Source of the DNA: Takakia lepidozioides
Taxonomy: Eukaryota > Plantae > Bryophyta
Reading direction: 5' to 3'
NCBI GenBank assembly: GCA_030704615.1
Contig: CM060732.1
Span: 74,896,001 to 74,960,000 of the forward strand
Length of the DNA stretch: 64,000 bases
Part shown: piece after piece, positions 11,471-25,900 of the stretch
Position numbering within the stretch: position 1 is the first letter of the stretch
Layout: every line of letters begins with the position of its first letter
Notes under the pieces: generated by a model
What the model saw: the letters and a program-made list of their open reading frames with translations, nothing else
Database searches by the model: none
What the model was told of the DNA's origin: nothing
Made by a program: the position numbers and the translations under genes

Positions 11471-13117
11471 TTAATATAATTTGTTTGATAAAACATTCAG
11501 CCACTCTTATCATTCATCACTCAAAACCTTCATCGACTCTTATCATTCATCCTCATGTATTTTCAACCCTCTAATGAATAAATATTGTATTCTGTTTGAT
11601 TGAAGAAATACTACTTATGTAGTGAAGGCTGTATGTACTAAAACCCTAAACAACTGCGATTTTTGATGGTTTTGACCTGCTGTATTGCTTTCTTCTCATT
11701 GTTATGTTTGGATTTTGACCTCTACTTCTGTTATTTGATATATCTACATAAATGTTATATTGGTGTCACAAACGTCCTCCTTCCTAGTAGAAGGCAGTAA
11801 CCCTTGGGGGAGAAGAGACACCATAATTTACGCTTCCTTAGGGAGGCGTCAAATACTAAATATTAATTGGTGACTCTGCAAGCTTGATGTTAGGATAGGA
11901 GGCGACGAGCGTTTGAGTCGGTGCTCCGCAAAACTCAAGACCTATTGCCATCTCATGACTTAGACACATTTCAATACCACAATATTTCTAGCCACTTTGG
12001 CAATCTCAAAACTCAAGTTTTTCAAGTATGAGTGTGTACCATGGTAATGGGCACATACCACCTTGGAAATGGTTGTGCGTTCAATCCACCGATAAGTGTC
12101 ACAAAGGTGTCCACCTTCCTGCCGGAAGGCAATAGCCCTTTAGGGTCAAGAGCATAATGTACACTTTCTTTTGGAGGCAACATACTTTTTACTTATCTGG
12201 TTGGTCAAGAAAAGCTTTATTGGTGTATAGTATGAAGAAGACAATGGCAAATGCGGTCAATTGCTTCATATCTCAAAAAACAAGTTAGGGATATTATTTT
12301 GATCATGCACATCTATCAGAGTGATTGGAGTAGGTGAAAGAAAATTGTGGTTGTTTGGCACCTTGTTCAATACGCAACGGAATCGGTTCCTGCAAGGTAA
12401 AAAACTTGAGCTACCCATGGAACCATTATAGTACCAATATACAATAGAGATGGCGATGCCAAAGGTTTGAGATTTGAAATTGGCCACTTATCTCATATTT
12501 CCATGGATAATTTGTCTCAAACAACACAATGATTTTTCATGTCTCACCGCTCCAATCATAATGTTGACGAGATGTGCATGATCAAAACAATATCCTTGAC
12601 TTGCTTCTTGATATAAGAAACAATCGGCTACATGTAGTATTGTGATCTTCTTAATAGACACCAAGTCTTGAACTACTAGCAACTTTAGGATTACCCTCAC
12701 TTAGGGATTGGGTTCCTAGAACCCAAGAGAAAATAGGGTTCCTTGTCTTGATGTCTTGACAAGAAAGGATTTGTCGACAAGATCGGATTATAGACGACAA
12801 CAACCTTCAAAGATCCGGGTCTCAAAGTTAAGATCATTTCCATAGAGGTGATTGGGGTATGTGGCAGTGTGATTGTACTAGATACGGAATTACCTCCCAT
12901 CTTTGCATTGCCACGGAGATAGGTAGAATGTCAGTGTTTTCCCAATACCATCTCTCTAGCAAGTCAATGCAAACTTACCACCCGTAAAGTTTGCAAAAAA
13001 GTTCATCATAGAGCTCATTGTTTTTAAAACACGGTCATAGGAATTACATGTTTTGAGGCACGGTGCATTTATAGGGTGCAGTTGCACCAAAAAGATAAAC
13101 TATCCGATCCATCTTTC

Positions 13118-13222
13118 AATTTCGCACTGAGAAAATAAAATTAAGTAGTAGTTTCGGGAGTGAGAGTTTTAATTTCGCACTGAGAAAATAAAATTCAGTA
13201 AGAGTTTCGGGAGTGAGAGTTT
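13118..13222. repeat. 53-bp tandem duplication
   Basis: aatttcgcactgagaaaataaaatt...gtttcgggagtgagagttt starts at 13118 and again at 13171. Confidence 0.9.
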
Positions 13223-14469
13223 CGTCTAGATAAATTATCCGTGGGACGTGACAACCTTTAAGGTCTCTTGGAGTCTCAGCGCCATTTTCTCAAGTCTGTC
13301 ATGGAAAGGGCCTAGTATCGGATGAGCATAGCATGAGGAAATCCCACGCCTATAGGGTGACATGTTTATCATGTATAGGGGTTACTTGTTTCTTAAGTGT
13401 TGCTGTGAGGGCCTATGTGAGCAGTTAAAAATAGTTTCGCAGATTTTTTAGTTTCTCAATTTTCGTTTCGCTGTAAAATATTTGAAAGGCATCTTAGGAA
13501 TATGTGGTATATTCGCTTGTGCTCACATGAGCATGCTCCCGCGCTACCCAACCTCGTACAAAAGTTATGGAGGTTAGCTTATAATAAGATAACATATAGC
13601 AAAATCCCACAATTTCACCTCTCCCCTAAACCATCGGGCATTTTGGTAATATAGTGGAAAATGCACTGTCTCAGCCGGGTTTGTAATTCACTTGTGAGTA
13701 TTCATTTGGAGGGGAGGATAGGGAGGTCAATTGGCGACATTGTAGAGCTAGAGACGCTTAAGGTTAAGGCTCAATTGAGATTTTGAGTTGGTTATCAGGG
13801 TCACCTTGTATTGCGGATCTAGTCTCCTTCACATTGTTTTTCTTGTTCTCGGCCCCTGCGTTGCATGTTCTGCGTTTCCTGGGCCTTGTTTGCCTTCCCT
13901 CTGTTGTTTGTCTTTAGTTTCCACTTCCTTGGGTTTTCTTACACTTCAACTTCAGTTTCGGGGGAATTCTCTACCTGAAACTTGCCGCCACATGCAATGA
14001 ATTTCTTGAAAGAGTTGAGGGTTTTGATCCAGTTGAACTGAGCTTATCCAATTAGTATACATCACAGGACCAGGTTAAAGGAAAAAGTGGTGTTAAAGTG
14101 AGTACCCAGTGTTAATGGGCACTTACCATCTTAGAAGTGGTTGTGGGTTCAATCCACTGTTTGGTGTCACAAAGTCTCCACCTTCTGGCTGGACGGCAGT
14201 AGTAGACACCATAATTTACGCTTCCTTTGGGATGCACCATACTTTTATTTTTTTGGGTCAGATTTGTCCTAGTTATTCACCATTTGTTGCTCCTTGAATC
14301 TTTTTGGTTCCTGAGAAGAATTAGAATTTCCGGATGTGTATCAATTATAGTAGATTAATTGATGGATGTTTGACAATGGAACATAATCTTCAGCAAAATT
14401 CATGTCAAGAGTGGCAACGATAAGAAATGAGGAGTCGGACATGTGCTTAATTAGGGCCAACTTTTGGTG

Positions 14470-14744
14470 CAGTGTTTTTTTTTCCCTGGCAAAAGTCGCC
14501 AGATTTCAAGCTGGAAATTGGGTCAGCTACTTGTACAAAAGGAATTATGGGGGTAAAAATTCGCCAGAAAGCGCCAGTAGTTGAATATCAGGAGCCTGAT
14601 TTTGAGTCCGTGGACGTGTAGAATGTGCCACTTGTTATACAGCCACTTCTCTAACCTGCCACCTCATTATTCTCGCCACATTTGCAGAGGGTAGAATCTA
14701 CCTGTGGCCCCTCTGGCGATTTTGGAAAGATGAAAAAAAAACTG
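14470..14744. mobile_element. hAT-family MITE
   Basis: Imperfect ~33-bp TIRs (CAGTGTTTTTTTTTCCCTGGCAAAAGTCGCCAG / CTGGCGATTTTGGAAAGATGAAAAAAAAACTG) and an 8-bp TSD, TTTTGGTG / TTATGGTG (7/8 match). Confidence 0.8.
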
Positions 14745-15770
14745 TTATGGTGTTTGCTTTGACCAATGCTCTTGCTACATCATGATGCTAAAAAGAACTT
14801 TCATGTACAAATTTGTTGTTGATTTTATTGATGACATTTCTGTACTAAATCCGCCAATGAACTTTGTGCATCATCTCCTTCTAGCCTTTTTTAACAACAT
14901 TGCACAAACTGCATGCCAACCTAGCAAATGTTTACACTTCCGGCCGCTTTAGATGTCTCTCCAAAACTACTAACCTACATTGAAGTAAAAACCATTAAGC
15001 TATTTGGAAGTGAGGCCGACTTCTTATCCATCTTCATCACTTACTGGCTCTCTTCACAAGCTCATTCACACTCCCCAAAACAAAGCCACAAGACAATCCC
15101 TAAAGTCAGGTCTGAGGGTCTGATTCGTAAGCCTGTGCAAGAGAATGTAATGTGTTCAAATTAAAGTGGATTGTTTGAAATAACTAGACTGAAATGTTGG
15201 AGTGGTTCATTGTTAGGATGGCTACAATGGCTACAATGTGATAAGTCACCGTACCCAGGAGCCTCTAAGCAAGAAGCCTTAAGTAATTACCAAACGTTAC
15301 AACTACAATTGACTAAGCTGAGTTGCCTGCCCATATAAACTGCACACCGTTGTATATAAACTACACCAGCACCACATCATTGCACTACTTTGTCTTCCTG
15401 GAGCCCACTATGAGGGCAAAAGCTACTAAGACCCAGTAGTCAGTGAGAGGGAAAACCGGCAGACCAGAGCAACCATGCAGGCCAGATGCCAGACAGGTCC
15501 ACCTGCTTTATGCTTTAGCATGCCGCATTCTGGACTGGCCCAAATATCAGGCAGATACGAAAACTGCCACTACTTGCACTTCGTATTTGCCAATTTGTTG
15601 CCAACACACAGAATGGCTCGAGGAAAATTATCTACCAATTTCACCATCAGCTAAACAACGATTATTTTGATGATACTGCCCCCAAGAGGACGAGCCAACC
15701 GCCCTGTAAACCACTCTCCGGTCTGATTTTCGACCAGCCTGCCAGTAGACTAGTACTCATGCAGATGCTG

Positions 15771-18700
15771 TCATCTTATGATGATACGAAGCATGCCTGG
15801 TTGTGTCTCTGCAAACTGCAGATGCTCTTCCTCTGCCAAGTAACGCTGTACTGCGGCAGGTAACCTAGCCGAAGTTCGAGACCCCTTGGTGTGGTGGCCT
15901 GTTCCCACAAAAATAAAGACCTGCTCCCGCTGGCGGGTGTTTCTTACATTAAACCGCAAAGCCGCAATCTCACGCTTCAATGCAGGAATTGCATCACTCA
16001 CATGTAGGGTATGTAGATCTAGCAGCCGTGATTGCCCAGGGTTGGTACTAGTTTGTGCATGAGCGTTTGAATTTCTGCCCAAAGACGTCAAACAGAAGAG
16101 CACACCATCAGCTCTTCCTTTTTCCTAGTATAAACAGTAGATGTGGTCATGAAACACAAACTTCAATACCTTCACATGCCCTGGCAATCAGGAGGAACTT
16201 CACCATTCAATAACTAAGAAATGCAAGTTTGCAATACCTTTGCCAAAAGATAGCCTCCCCGGCCTTACTGTGAGCCGCTTTCATCTGTTCGTTATGCCAC
16301 TGTCCTTTTGCACTCAGCTCCTTTGCAAGGACTTTGTTACCTACAAGATACGCCTGTCTTGCCTGTTTCACAGCAAGAATCAGGTCCAAAATGTTAACAT
16401 ATACTTTGGCAAAGACCTCAAGGTAAAGGAATTCGGAGGCATACAAGTCATAATTCATGAGACTCTCTCCAGGAAGTCTGACTGTGAGCCATAATAGGCT
16501 AGCCGTACACATCTTTACCATTGAACAGAGGAGTTCCTGGCAGATGCAGAATGAATCCAAGAACTCATTTCAAGTTCACTTTGAGTGCAGAAGCATTGAT
16601 TTCTCGGTCCCAAGCTGGAACTTTTAGAAGTTGCTGAATAACCTCACAAAACAAATTAGGGCCTTGAGACACGGGCGGCAGACATTGAAAAGGCTTAACA
16701 CCAAAGGCTAGTTGGTTTGGCCTACATGTAGGTCCACATCAGCTTAGCAGATACCACACGTTTGGCAGCTGATCCCCATATCCCCAGCAATGTGGGCTCT
16801 GCATAGGATATAAGGTAGGCCCAGTTCCACCCGTGTGGTAGCCACTCTTTTAATGTTACCCACAAGAGAGCTAACATGTTGATTTTTCCACCAAAGGCAG
16901 CCGGTCGTGTGTCAAGGCCTTTAGAATCTCCAAATTTCTACTAAGAAAGGCAGGCAATACTAGTTCTCACTACAACCAACCACTCACAGCTACCTGATCG
17001 AAGTAGGCATTACGCACGCGAGCATGGTCACGAGCTTCTTCTCGCATATCAGTGTACATACTTCCTGCAACCCAACAACAACAATTGGTTCAAGGTAACG
17101 TATAAAAACAAATTGTGGTAGAACTACTGTCCCTGAGGATATTGCTACACAAGAAAAAACATCGTATCCATGCAAGCAGCAGGCATCCAACAGGCACTTT
17201 GTTACAGAGCTGAACACCAGACCAAGCCTCAGAGATGAGGACAGCGTTGCCACTCAACAGAATTACTCCTATAGAGGCCACATCTGAACCACACATAGGG
17301 AGGTGTGTGCATGCCACATTTCATAACATCTGGACACAAATGCTGGTCACATACAGCTATCCTGCACAAAGAAATTAAGCTCGCAAGATCACACCACACA
17401 ACTACTTGCAAGGTTGTGGATTGTAGACATGAAGTCATGTTTCCTGCCTCAGATACCACTCAACTTGAAAGCTATCATGAGCATGACCAAAAAACCTTTG
17501 CTGCTGCACAGAGAGGCTGCTAGCACTGCAATGGGTCCCAGCTCCCGCAAAAGTGGACAGCACTGTGTAACCCAGGATGTACTAGTGCCTGATGGTACCC
17601 TGACAATGGACTGGTCCTAGTCATTATCGTCCATGGTCATAGCAGACTGACACAGAAACAGATGCTCAATGACCTTATAAGGAAATCAATCCATATTAGT
17701 ACCCAGACTATGTGAGTTAACAGCCAGAACTGTTGTGCTAACTCATGGTGGCTCGGCAGGTTGCTTTGGAACTCCAGACCCCTCTAAGGTGAGGAGTACC
17801 CTTGCATGACCCTTAAAACAAAAATCAGTTGCTTTCAAGACAGATGCCTGAGAAAAAATGAATCAAGTCAGAGAAAGCTCACCAACAGTGTCCCCGGTCT
17901 CGAGCCAACTTGGTGGAGGTTGATGCACATCATGACCATGAAGGTGGTATGGTTCCAACCTTTCTCCATGAGCAACCCTTGCATCTCGGGGGAAGCCACC
18001 AACTCCAGGCACTTGTGAAAGGCCTCGAACTCCTCCTAGGGACAGTTCAACCCCGCCATTCCTCTCATATTGCAACTGCGCAGCCTGTTGTGCTGCTTGC
18101 TTTCTTACAACTGCTGCAAAATCCGGGACAGATCTAGACTCCCCACCAAGTGTGCTTGCCCTGCTGGAAAGGGCTGACCCATTCACTGCTTCAAGCCCAG
18201 AAAGAGAAGGAAAATCCCTTGGTGACGAAGGACTTGGTGCTTGGGGTGCCTGAAACTGCTTCGATGGGCCTCCCTCCGCCTGAAGCTGCAAAGGTGTGAG
18301 ATATTACAATCAAGCACATCCACATAAACTTACAACCAGGTAGATCAATAGTCTGATGCAGCTCAAAAAACATAGCCATACATAATAAGGCCAGCATTTT
18401 GCAAGCTCAGAGCATACAAAGTGTGTCTATGTAGGGATTCTACAGCCCAGCTCTGCTGAAAGAGCAACAAACATGTGGAGTCTCTTTGCCATTCTTTGGA
18501 AGCAACATCACAGCCATACGGGCCTAATACATGGCTCACACATCTTGAGATTCGAATTATTCCCAATTCCTCAAATTGCAAAAGAGGAACTGTTTCATCA
18601 GCCAACTGGTCAAGTAGGAAGGGTCAGGCCAAGGTGGACACTAGAGATACATGAGACACTCCAAGGAGAATGATCTTACTGATCATATTTCCATTCTCCT

Positions 18701-20280
18701 AAAAGGCTATCCACCTTCCCCAGGTGTGAAGCTGATATGCAAACTAATACCAAACAAATGAACATTCAACATACTTCAGTTACCACACATCCAAGATTCG
18801 GTTTCTGGACAACAGTGGTTGACCAAACCAACAGTGGTGAACCAAACCAATTGCCAGAGAAGCTTCGCAAGTGACTCCTCCGGTACCTAAAGGACCTTCC
18901 AGGCATAAGTCCGAGAAATTATCAGACCATAGAATGTTTGTGTGGTTATTAGTACAGATCTGACACATCCCAGGCTTTGGAATACTGTAAACTTTTGTCG
19001 TTTATGAAATATGATCTGGGTGTGACAATTGACTAATAGATAATGGTAGGTTGAATTCAATTCCCAAGACAATCCTCAATCCACAATTGGGTGGAGTAGG
19101 TAAGTAGATAGAAAGACATGTTCCCAGCACTAGTCAACCAAACTAAATCACTTTCAAAACTGGCAAATATTGCAAAAAGGTATATAATGATGGTTCTGTA
19201 GCAACATCAACTGTAACACACCTCAAGTTCTGTCAGCATCTCCATCGTGAGGCCTAAATCACCACCATTTGCATAATAAATTTCAGCTAGACTTTCTGAA
19301 GCAAAGCCAGGAAATTCAGCTGCCAGAAGATTGACAGGGTCAACATCCACAAGCTCTTCCGGGAACGTCTGCTCTGGTCCCCAATCATTAAATGAGGCAG
19401 GACTTTCACTGTTGTCAGCCCATGGAGGCTGTCTGTCCCTGCCGCTCGAAAGGCGCTGGGCTGGGGCGCGGAGCTCAGGCATATAGGCCCCTGCAAAACT
19501 AGTACCAGAGGATGTGGCACCCTCTTCTCGAAGCTGACCACCAGTGTACCTTGAACTACTTCCCCTGGGAGGACTGTAAGAGGCCGCTCTGAGAGCACTT
19601 TGTTGTGCTCTCTCATCATAATTGAACCCATCTCCTTGGGCGGTTCCAGTAACACCTCCACCTGCCCAGCCACTGGCAATACCAACACGGCTAGATACAT
19701 CCAGAGATGGCTCCCCGTAATCTGCAACCTCTGCAAACTCTCCAAAATCAAAATCTGACATGAGGTCGTCTGGGAGCTGAGAGCGGCAGAAGCGGCGATA
19801 CTCATCGTCAGAAGCATTGGAATTTGTAGAGTTGGTTCTGTCCAAGATAGGAGTTGCTACATCTTTATCTGTGGTTACAGTTGCAGCTGGCTTGCTAGTG
19901 TCCCATAAATTCCCACTCACTGCAGGGCTGCCAGGCTTAAAAGTCTTAGGAACAAATTCTGCGGCGTTGGGATTCAAACTAGTCCGCCCTAAACTGAAAA
20001 TCGAACCTGAAGTGGTGCTAACCAAGCTTGTAGTCTTCTGAGGAGCAGACAGTAAAGCCTCCTTAGAAGAACCTATTGTCTCTCCAGCTCCAGACAAGTT
20101 GGAAAGAGAGCCTCCTGGAGTGCTCTGACCAGACGAGGAGGTAACAGACAACATCGCCATGCTGGCTGCAAGTCCTTCAGTTCCTATGGATGTTCCAGGC
20201 CCGTTACTTGATGATCCAAATCTATAAGAACCAATTGGAGCCCCGGCAGGCTCCAAATACTCCCTTCTATTGTAGCCCAT
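15771..20280 (-). CDS. CID7: Polyadenylate-binding protein-interacting protein 7-like (PAM2, CUE-like, DUF1771, Smr)
   Basis: Exons 20280-19222, 18285-17883, 17064-16994, 16362-16238 and 16074-15771 splice in frame. Motifs: PAM2 SLNPNAAEFVP; LAAEFPGFASESLAEIY; REEARDHARVRNAYFDQARQAY; Smr LDLHTLHV...VGTGHH. Confidence 0.92.
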
Positions 20281-21169
20281 GGCAGCAGACTTGTCAACTC
20301 GTCAATTGTAACGTTGTTTAGTCTGGCCAGTTCGTCCTGCAGTGTAACCTACCCTGCTCATTGAAATAAGCAGAATCCTGGATTTTGCAAGCCCTGTGTC
20401 CTCTAGTAAAGCAACTGGAGATAGTCGCGTAGGTGAAATCCTCGTAGACTATGCCACCGGATGTACTAAAGTGCTTCGTCTCAGGAACCCGCAAGATGAT
20501 GCTCCAGGTGCAGGCGTCCTGGAAGATAAGACAAGCAAGCACCCATCTCACCTATCATTTCAACCTCTGCTAATGCACTGCCCAAGTCCGATGAGAGTAA
20601 AGTACCACCACAATGTTCAACGAGACTCTCTCCACACACAAATGCATGAACTTAGGGCTTGAACGACACAGAAGAAACTCAATGCATCCTCAAGCGATGA
20701 ATAGCAGCAAAGCATAAGCCAAAAGCAGCAACAAAGACATAGATTGAAGGATCATAGAAGAGCAAATGCACGAACAAACCACAGAATCATGTTCTCGACA
20801 CAACGGACAAGGTAGAGACTGCCAAATTCTAAACATTTCCCCACTTCATCGATTGTACCATGTACACATATCTCCAACAGCTTCAGTCAACCGAAAGCGC
20901 TCCAAGCAGAGGGTGAGCACGTACGATCAAATACACAAACATACACATGTTCCGTCCTTCACATTCTCCTATCGGCAACCCGGGTCCACTCCACACAAGA
21001 GTCCTATTACATACTCTCAACACCTAGCCAGAGCTTGCAAGTCCCTCTCTTTCTCCCGAATCTAACGTTCGTAACCAGTCAAATCCACAATTTTATGCTG
21101 CTCAGCTACACATCAATTCACTCCTACCTTGCAATTGTACCTGGAGCAGGACGATCTGGGATGCAGCGA

Positions 21170-21620
21170 GCGCAATTCAAGGCGCAGCAGGAAGCAGGGC
21201 AGCGCCAGGCCTGCGAGGCTGGCAGGATTGTGCGCCCTGCCCTGCCCTACCCTGCCCACAGCACAGCCACCCCCGCCCCCCCGCTCCCCATTGGCTCCTG
21301 GCCCGCACCCGGGCCCGCTCAGATTTTTCATCCGCCCTTCCTTTCTCCGCCCTGCCATCCACCACCCGCGCCATCCCCTCCCCGCCCCGTGTCGCGGAAA
21401 CTTGGGACCCGTGCGAGCGACGGGCGGGCAGGCCCTCGCCGGTAACCCCAGCGCCAGCTCCGGCGTCGTCGGCTGCCGGGTACCACCGGCAGACCGTCTT
21501 TTCGTGAGCCCCACTAGCACGTGCGAACCAGGGGAACTCGCTTTTAATAGCCCGGCCCGTGATCGCCACATCTGACCGTGGTCGAGTTGGAGTCCACCCC
21601 GGTCAATTCAAAACTCTGAC
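21170..21620 (-). promoter_or_regulatory. GC/CpG-rich promoter and first non-coding exon region, probably of the CID7-like gene
   Basis: CpG-rich island upstream of the CDS; TATA-like CTATTAAAAG on the minus strand at ~21541-21550. Confidence 0.45.
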
Positions 21621-22970
21621 GGCTGAGATGTGTGCCACCCGATTAAAGAGGGGGTAAAGGGGCGGCTACCGAATCAAACAATCCCGCTGTTCGTTCTACC
21701 ACCGGCTGCAGCCAGTGCCACCGGCTCGGGTGGTGTCCATACGGTATCCGCGAGCGAATACATACGGTATACATAGTATTCGTGATCGTAGGAAGGAGAA
21801 GGCTTGTGCTTCTGAGCCTGTCAGGATGAGCCCGTCTGTCTGTCTGTAGGCATCAAACGCTTGGGCAATCAAAGCAAGGGCCTTGAGCCTGCAGAACACA
21901 GGAGAGGTAAGTTACTCGCCACGATTCGAGAACATTGTTATGAAGTGTGCAGAAAAACCAGTGTGGGGTGTACCGGTATACAAGATTCAAGAGATTCGAG
22001 CTCCTGGATTTAGTCAGAACCGAAATGTTTTCGTGGGCCTACGTTGGACGTCTCCGCAGAGTCAACAAGGCTTCAAGGGGTCCACCATGGCCAGTTTACG
22101 TTGGAACCCTCGGTAACTGAAGCAAGTAGAGAGGCAAGTGGAGAGACAGCTTGGGAGTATAGTCAGTTGTCAGGTGTAGTGGCAACAGTCCTTCAGTTGG
22201 GCCGTGCTTGCCACACCAACCCTGCAATCAACTCCATGCATGTACCTAGTACACTTCCTGGGCGATGTTCACTTGCCCAAAATCAAGGGTCTACCAAAGA
22301 AAATTAAGAGATGCTCATGAGATTTGTAAGAGAAAGGATACATGGATACAATGATTGAGGATATATGCACAGAGGGCTTGCCGGAGCAGTGATTGGACGC
22401 ATAAAGAGAACGTTGTAAACCATGCGATGGAAGACATCTGCATCGTAAATTCATAACGATAAGCAAGGGCCTCGAACGAGATGTTAGAAACTCGTCCTTT
22501 CTACAAAGTATCTGTTGCTTCGTCACCCTGTCCTGTGACTGCTCAATGATGGGGCCCCACGTCCATTATGATACCCCACCAGCGAAGATTCCTGCAAAAA
22601 TGGACTAGACTTTTCCAAACCGAACGTTGGTTGTACATGGGTGCAACGAGAAGAAATGAATTCAACTCGAATCCTGCGCCTTGAACCCAGTAGTATGTAT
22701 AAGTCCCGCAGTGACTCAAGTTTCGAAAACAAAATACAAGATTTCTCCCAGCGGATATCCAGCTGGGGATTTCTTCTCGTAGTGTCATATAGGGTTGTAA
22801 AGCTTTCTTCGAACAAAAATGTCTGCTACGCTGGGAACTTCACAGAATTCTCCAGGTAGTGGGCCATTGAAACCAGCAGATGCCACTCCATGGCATTGGG
22901 ATCTCCGATGAAGCTCACGATATTGCTCGTTCTGTGCGTGTACTGTTTTCCTGCTATGAGGTTGTCTTGT

Positions 22971-25900
22971 CTAATCTCTGTTCTGAGATGATGTCGAAGA
23001 TTTCGAACATGCTTTCTGAAAGGCTTCTGGTCTCTCGAGGCAATCCTGAGCTCTGATGAGTTGTCCAGACAAACATGTCTTCTCCTTCAACACCAACTGG
23101 TTATCACGAAATAATTTCTCGCAGTCCGCCTTCAACTTTGCCACTTTTTCCTGATCCTCATCTAGCATCTTGTCAGATCTCTCTTTCTGTTCCTTTGCAA
23201 GCGAAAGCTGTTCTCGTAGGACCTGGTTTTCAGAGCGAAGGTTGCAGCAGTCCAACTCCAGCTTCAGTAGCTCGTCAGAACTCTTTGCCTGCCTGGTTTC
23301 TCGCTCTGTCAGAGTATCTCTTTCTTCCTCCATCTCTTTCAGGGCTGCGCGGAGTGCAAAGGCAACGTTCTGTATAAGCAACTGGCCCTTTTCTTTGGCC
23401 GCCACTTCAACTTTTCCTGCCAGCGCAATCTGTGCAGCAAAGTGGACGTGCATATGAATGACTGCTACAGAATGGAGACCTATGATGAAATAAGGAGACA
23501 GAGGCAGCATCGTGGCGCATATTGCCCTCTCTTTTCGGCCTCTCCCAAACCCCCGACTAAACCACGGTTTCTGAAATTGCACGCAGAGCAGAGGAAGATT
23601 CACGGTCCACAACTCATCTAGCAAGACATGCAGTGGATGATCGCTTTGTTAATATTGTAAGGTACAGGGATCATCTTTGCAAATGAGAAGAGCTTTCAAA
23701 ACAAATCATGTTGGTATATGAAGCTTGAGGTGACAAGCATAAAAAAGAATTGCTACATTCCATAAATACACACCTTCGTCTCTTGCAGTCTGCGGTTGTT
23801 GCTCATTTTTGCCTCCAGGTCAGCTTTCAGTTGATGCACCCGAGCTTCTAAAAAGAACAATTTCCTGTTGGACTTTGCCTGCCCTTTCTCCAGGTTGGCC
23901 CTGCTTTCCAGGACTCTCAGGTGCTCTTGATGAAGGGTCTCAGTGTTTCTTGCCTCGAGTTGGAGCTGTGTGTGGGATACCTGAAGGTAGTGAAGAGATG
24001 CCTGATGTTGACACAGTTCCAGCAGCAGATCAACCTCCCTCGTTGGAAGTCTGTCTCTGTCTTCTATCACTGCTGCCAGCTCTGCGTGCTGCCTCTCTGC
24101 CTCTGCTTCTATCTGAGAAGAAGTGTTCTTCGCATACTGCAGCTCCCCCAATTCCTTTTTACATTCTTCCAGTTTAGTTTGAATTTCCATCAGATCAACA
24201 TCACCCATCACTTTTTCCTTCCTTGCAAGCAGCAGCTCACTCTCACAGTGCTTTACATTTGCTGACAGATTTTGGGTCTCCAGTGTCAACCTGTGTACCT
24301 CAGCTTCCGCAGCACAGAGATTCACAGAAGAAGTTCTTGCGCTTTCCTCCTGGAGTAAGTTTGTCACTACTTTGGCCTGGAATTTGTGCTGTAGACTCTT
24401 ACTCTTAACTTGTTTTCAGATTCATGAACAGCAGCCTGGAACTCATCCTGTTGCCTAAGAAGGGCATTTCCACTTTGTATCTGCTGATCCAATCTCTTTA
24501 TCTCTGCTTCCAAAACCTTGACTTCTTCCTCTGATCTCAATTTCTCATCACGCAAAACCACATTGTCATTCTTTACAGCCAGAAGCTCTTTATGCATTGT
24601 CTTCAACTCAACTTCTTTTTCACTCTGCAGCATGAAAGCAGAAGTGATTTTGATTATGCATTTGCCAATGGAGATAGAAAAGGCTCATTTCTCTTGAAGC
24701 TGTTGAAATGCATAACCTTCTAATTGATTTACCATGGAAACTACAACAACTTCAAATCTGTAAAATATGCATGTATGTTATGGTCAAACTTTACAAAGCT
24801 ACAGTGACAGCTACTGGCACTTGTTGACTTTACCCAGTAGAGTTGTGTTGGCAAGACAATGTCTTGTGGGAGTTAACTTTCTTTGCCTCCCATGAGTTGC
24901 ATACTAGTTTACAAATATTGTTTTAGTCATTTCGTATCTTTTTAACAGCTATCATCAGCAACTGAACAAAGTTGCCAGTAACACCAGGTTTCCTTCCATA
25001 CGAGTGGAAGCTGGTAAAGTCTGAATACAAACCCTTCCAGGCATGAGGCAACTGCTGCAATTCAACCACAAAAGTCCAGATTCCACATACATAAATTTCA
25101 CATACCTCAAGTTTCTTCTTGCTTTGGAGGTTTCTTCTAGCCGAGCTTCCCTGGCTTTCATTGCTGTACATCTGTCCTCCAGAATTGTAACCAGACCAGA
25201 TTTTACTTTCTCCAGTGTTAAGTTGTTGGCTGTTGCAATAAGCAGCTCACGCTGCAGTGTGACTATGACCCCATGCAATCCTCTGTTACTTTCCTGTGCC
25301 AGAGGGTGGTTTGAAACTTTAGGGCTTTGATTTCTTACTTTCCATGCACTGGGATGACCTATGTTGTTTTAGCAAGAACTTCAGCCCTGTTCTGTCTTCT
25401 GGTCTGGAGACTGTCCATCCACGCGCCCGAAAATTTCATTATATTTTGCAAGATATCTGACAATAAAACTGTTACCTCCAGCTTGTGGATCTTCAGGAGG
25501 TTTTCATTTGCTTGGGCTGTTGACTTCAGTGTAACCATCTCCAGAGTGTTACCCATATCATCTTTCTCGTTCTGCAGAACAAGCATTTTTCGAAAGTAAG
25601 AGCTCCTTACACAGCTGCATCTCCCTAGCTTCATAGTACACTTGAGGAATGCGGCAGACACAAGCCTTCATACTGCATCACTGGGAATCAACAGAAATGA
25701 CCTTTCAAGAAGTTCTGGAAGTTTGGCCAGCAAAGAGTGCCTACAAGGAGTGCTACAGTGCTCTACAGGTTTCAATGTGATAACCCAACTCTGCAATCCA
25801 ATACATAGGATTTTCTTGTTATGGAAAAGACGAAATGCAACTTCTGTTCTCTCATAAGAATTTCCTGCTGCTCAATACCCTCGATAACTGGGAATGAGCC

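Noticed and set aside
21035-21575. Overlapping GC-rich ORFs
   Set aside because: Stop-poor CpG island or 5' UTR; no recognisable domains.
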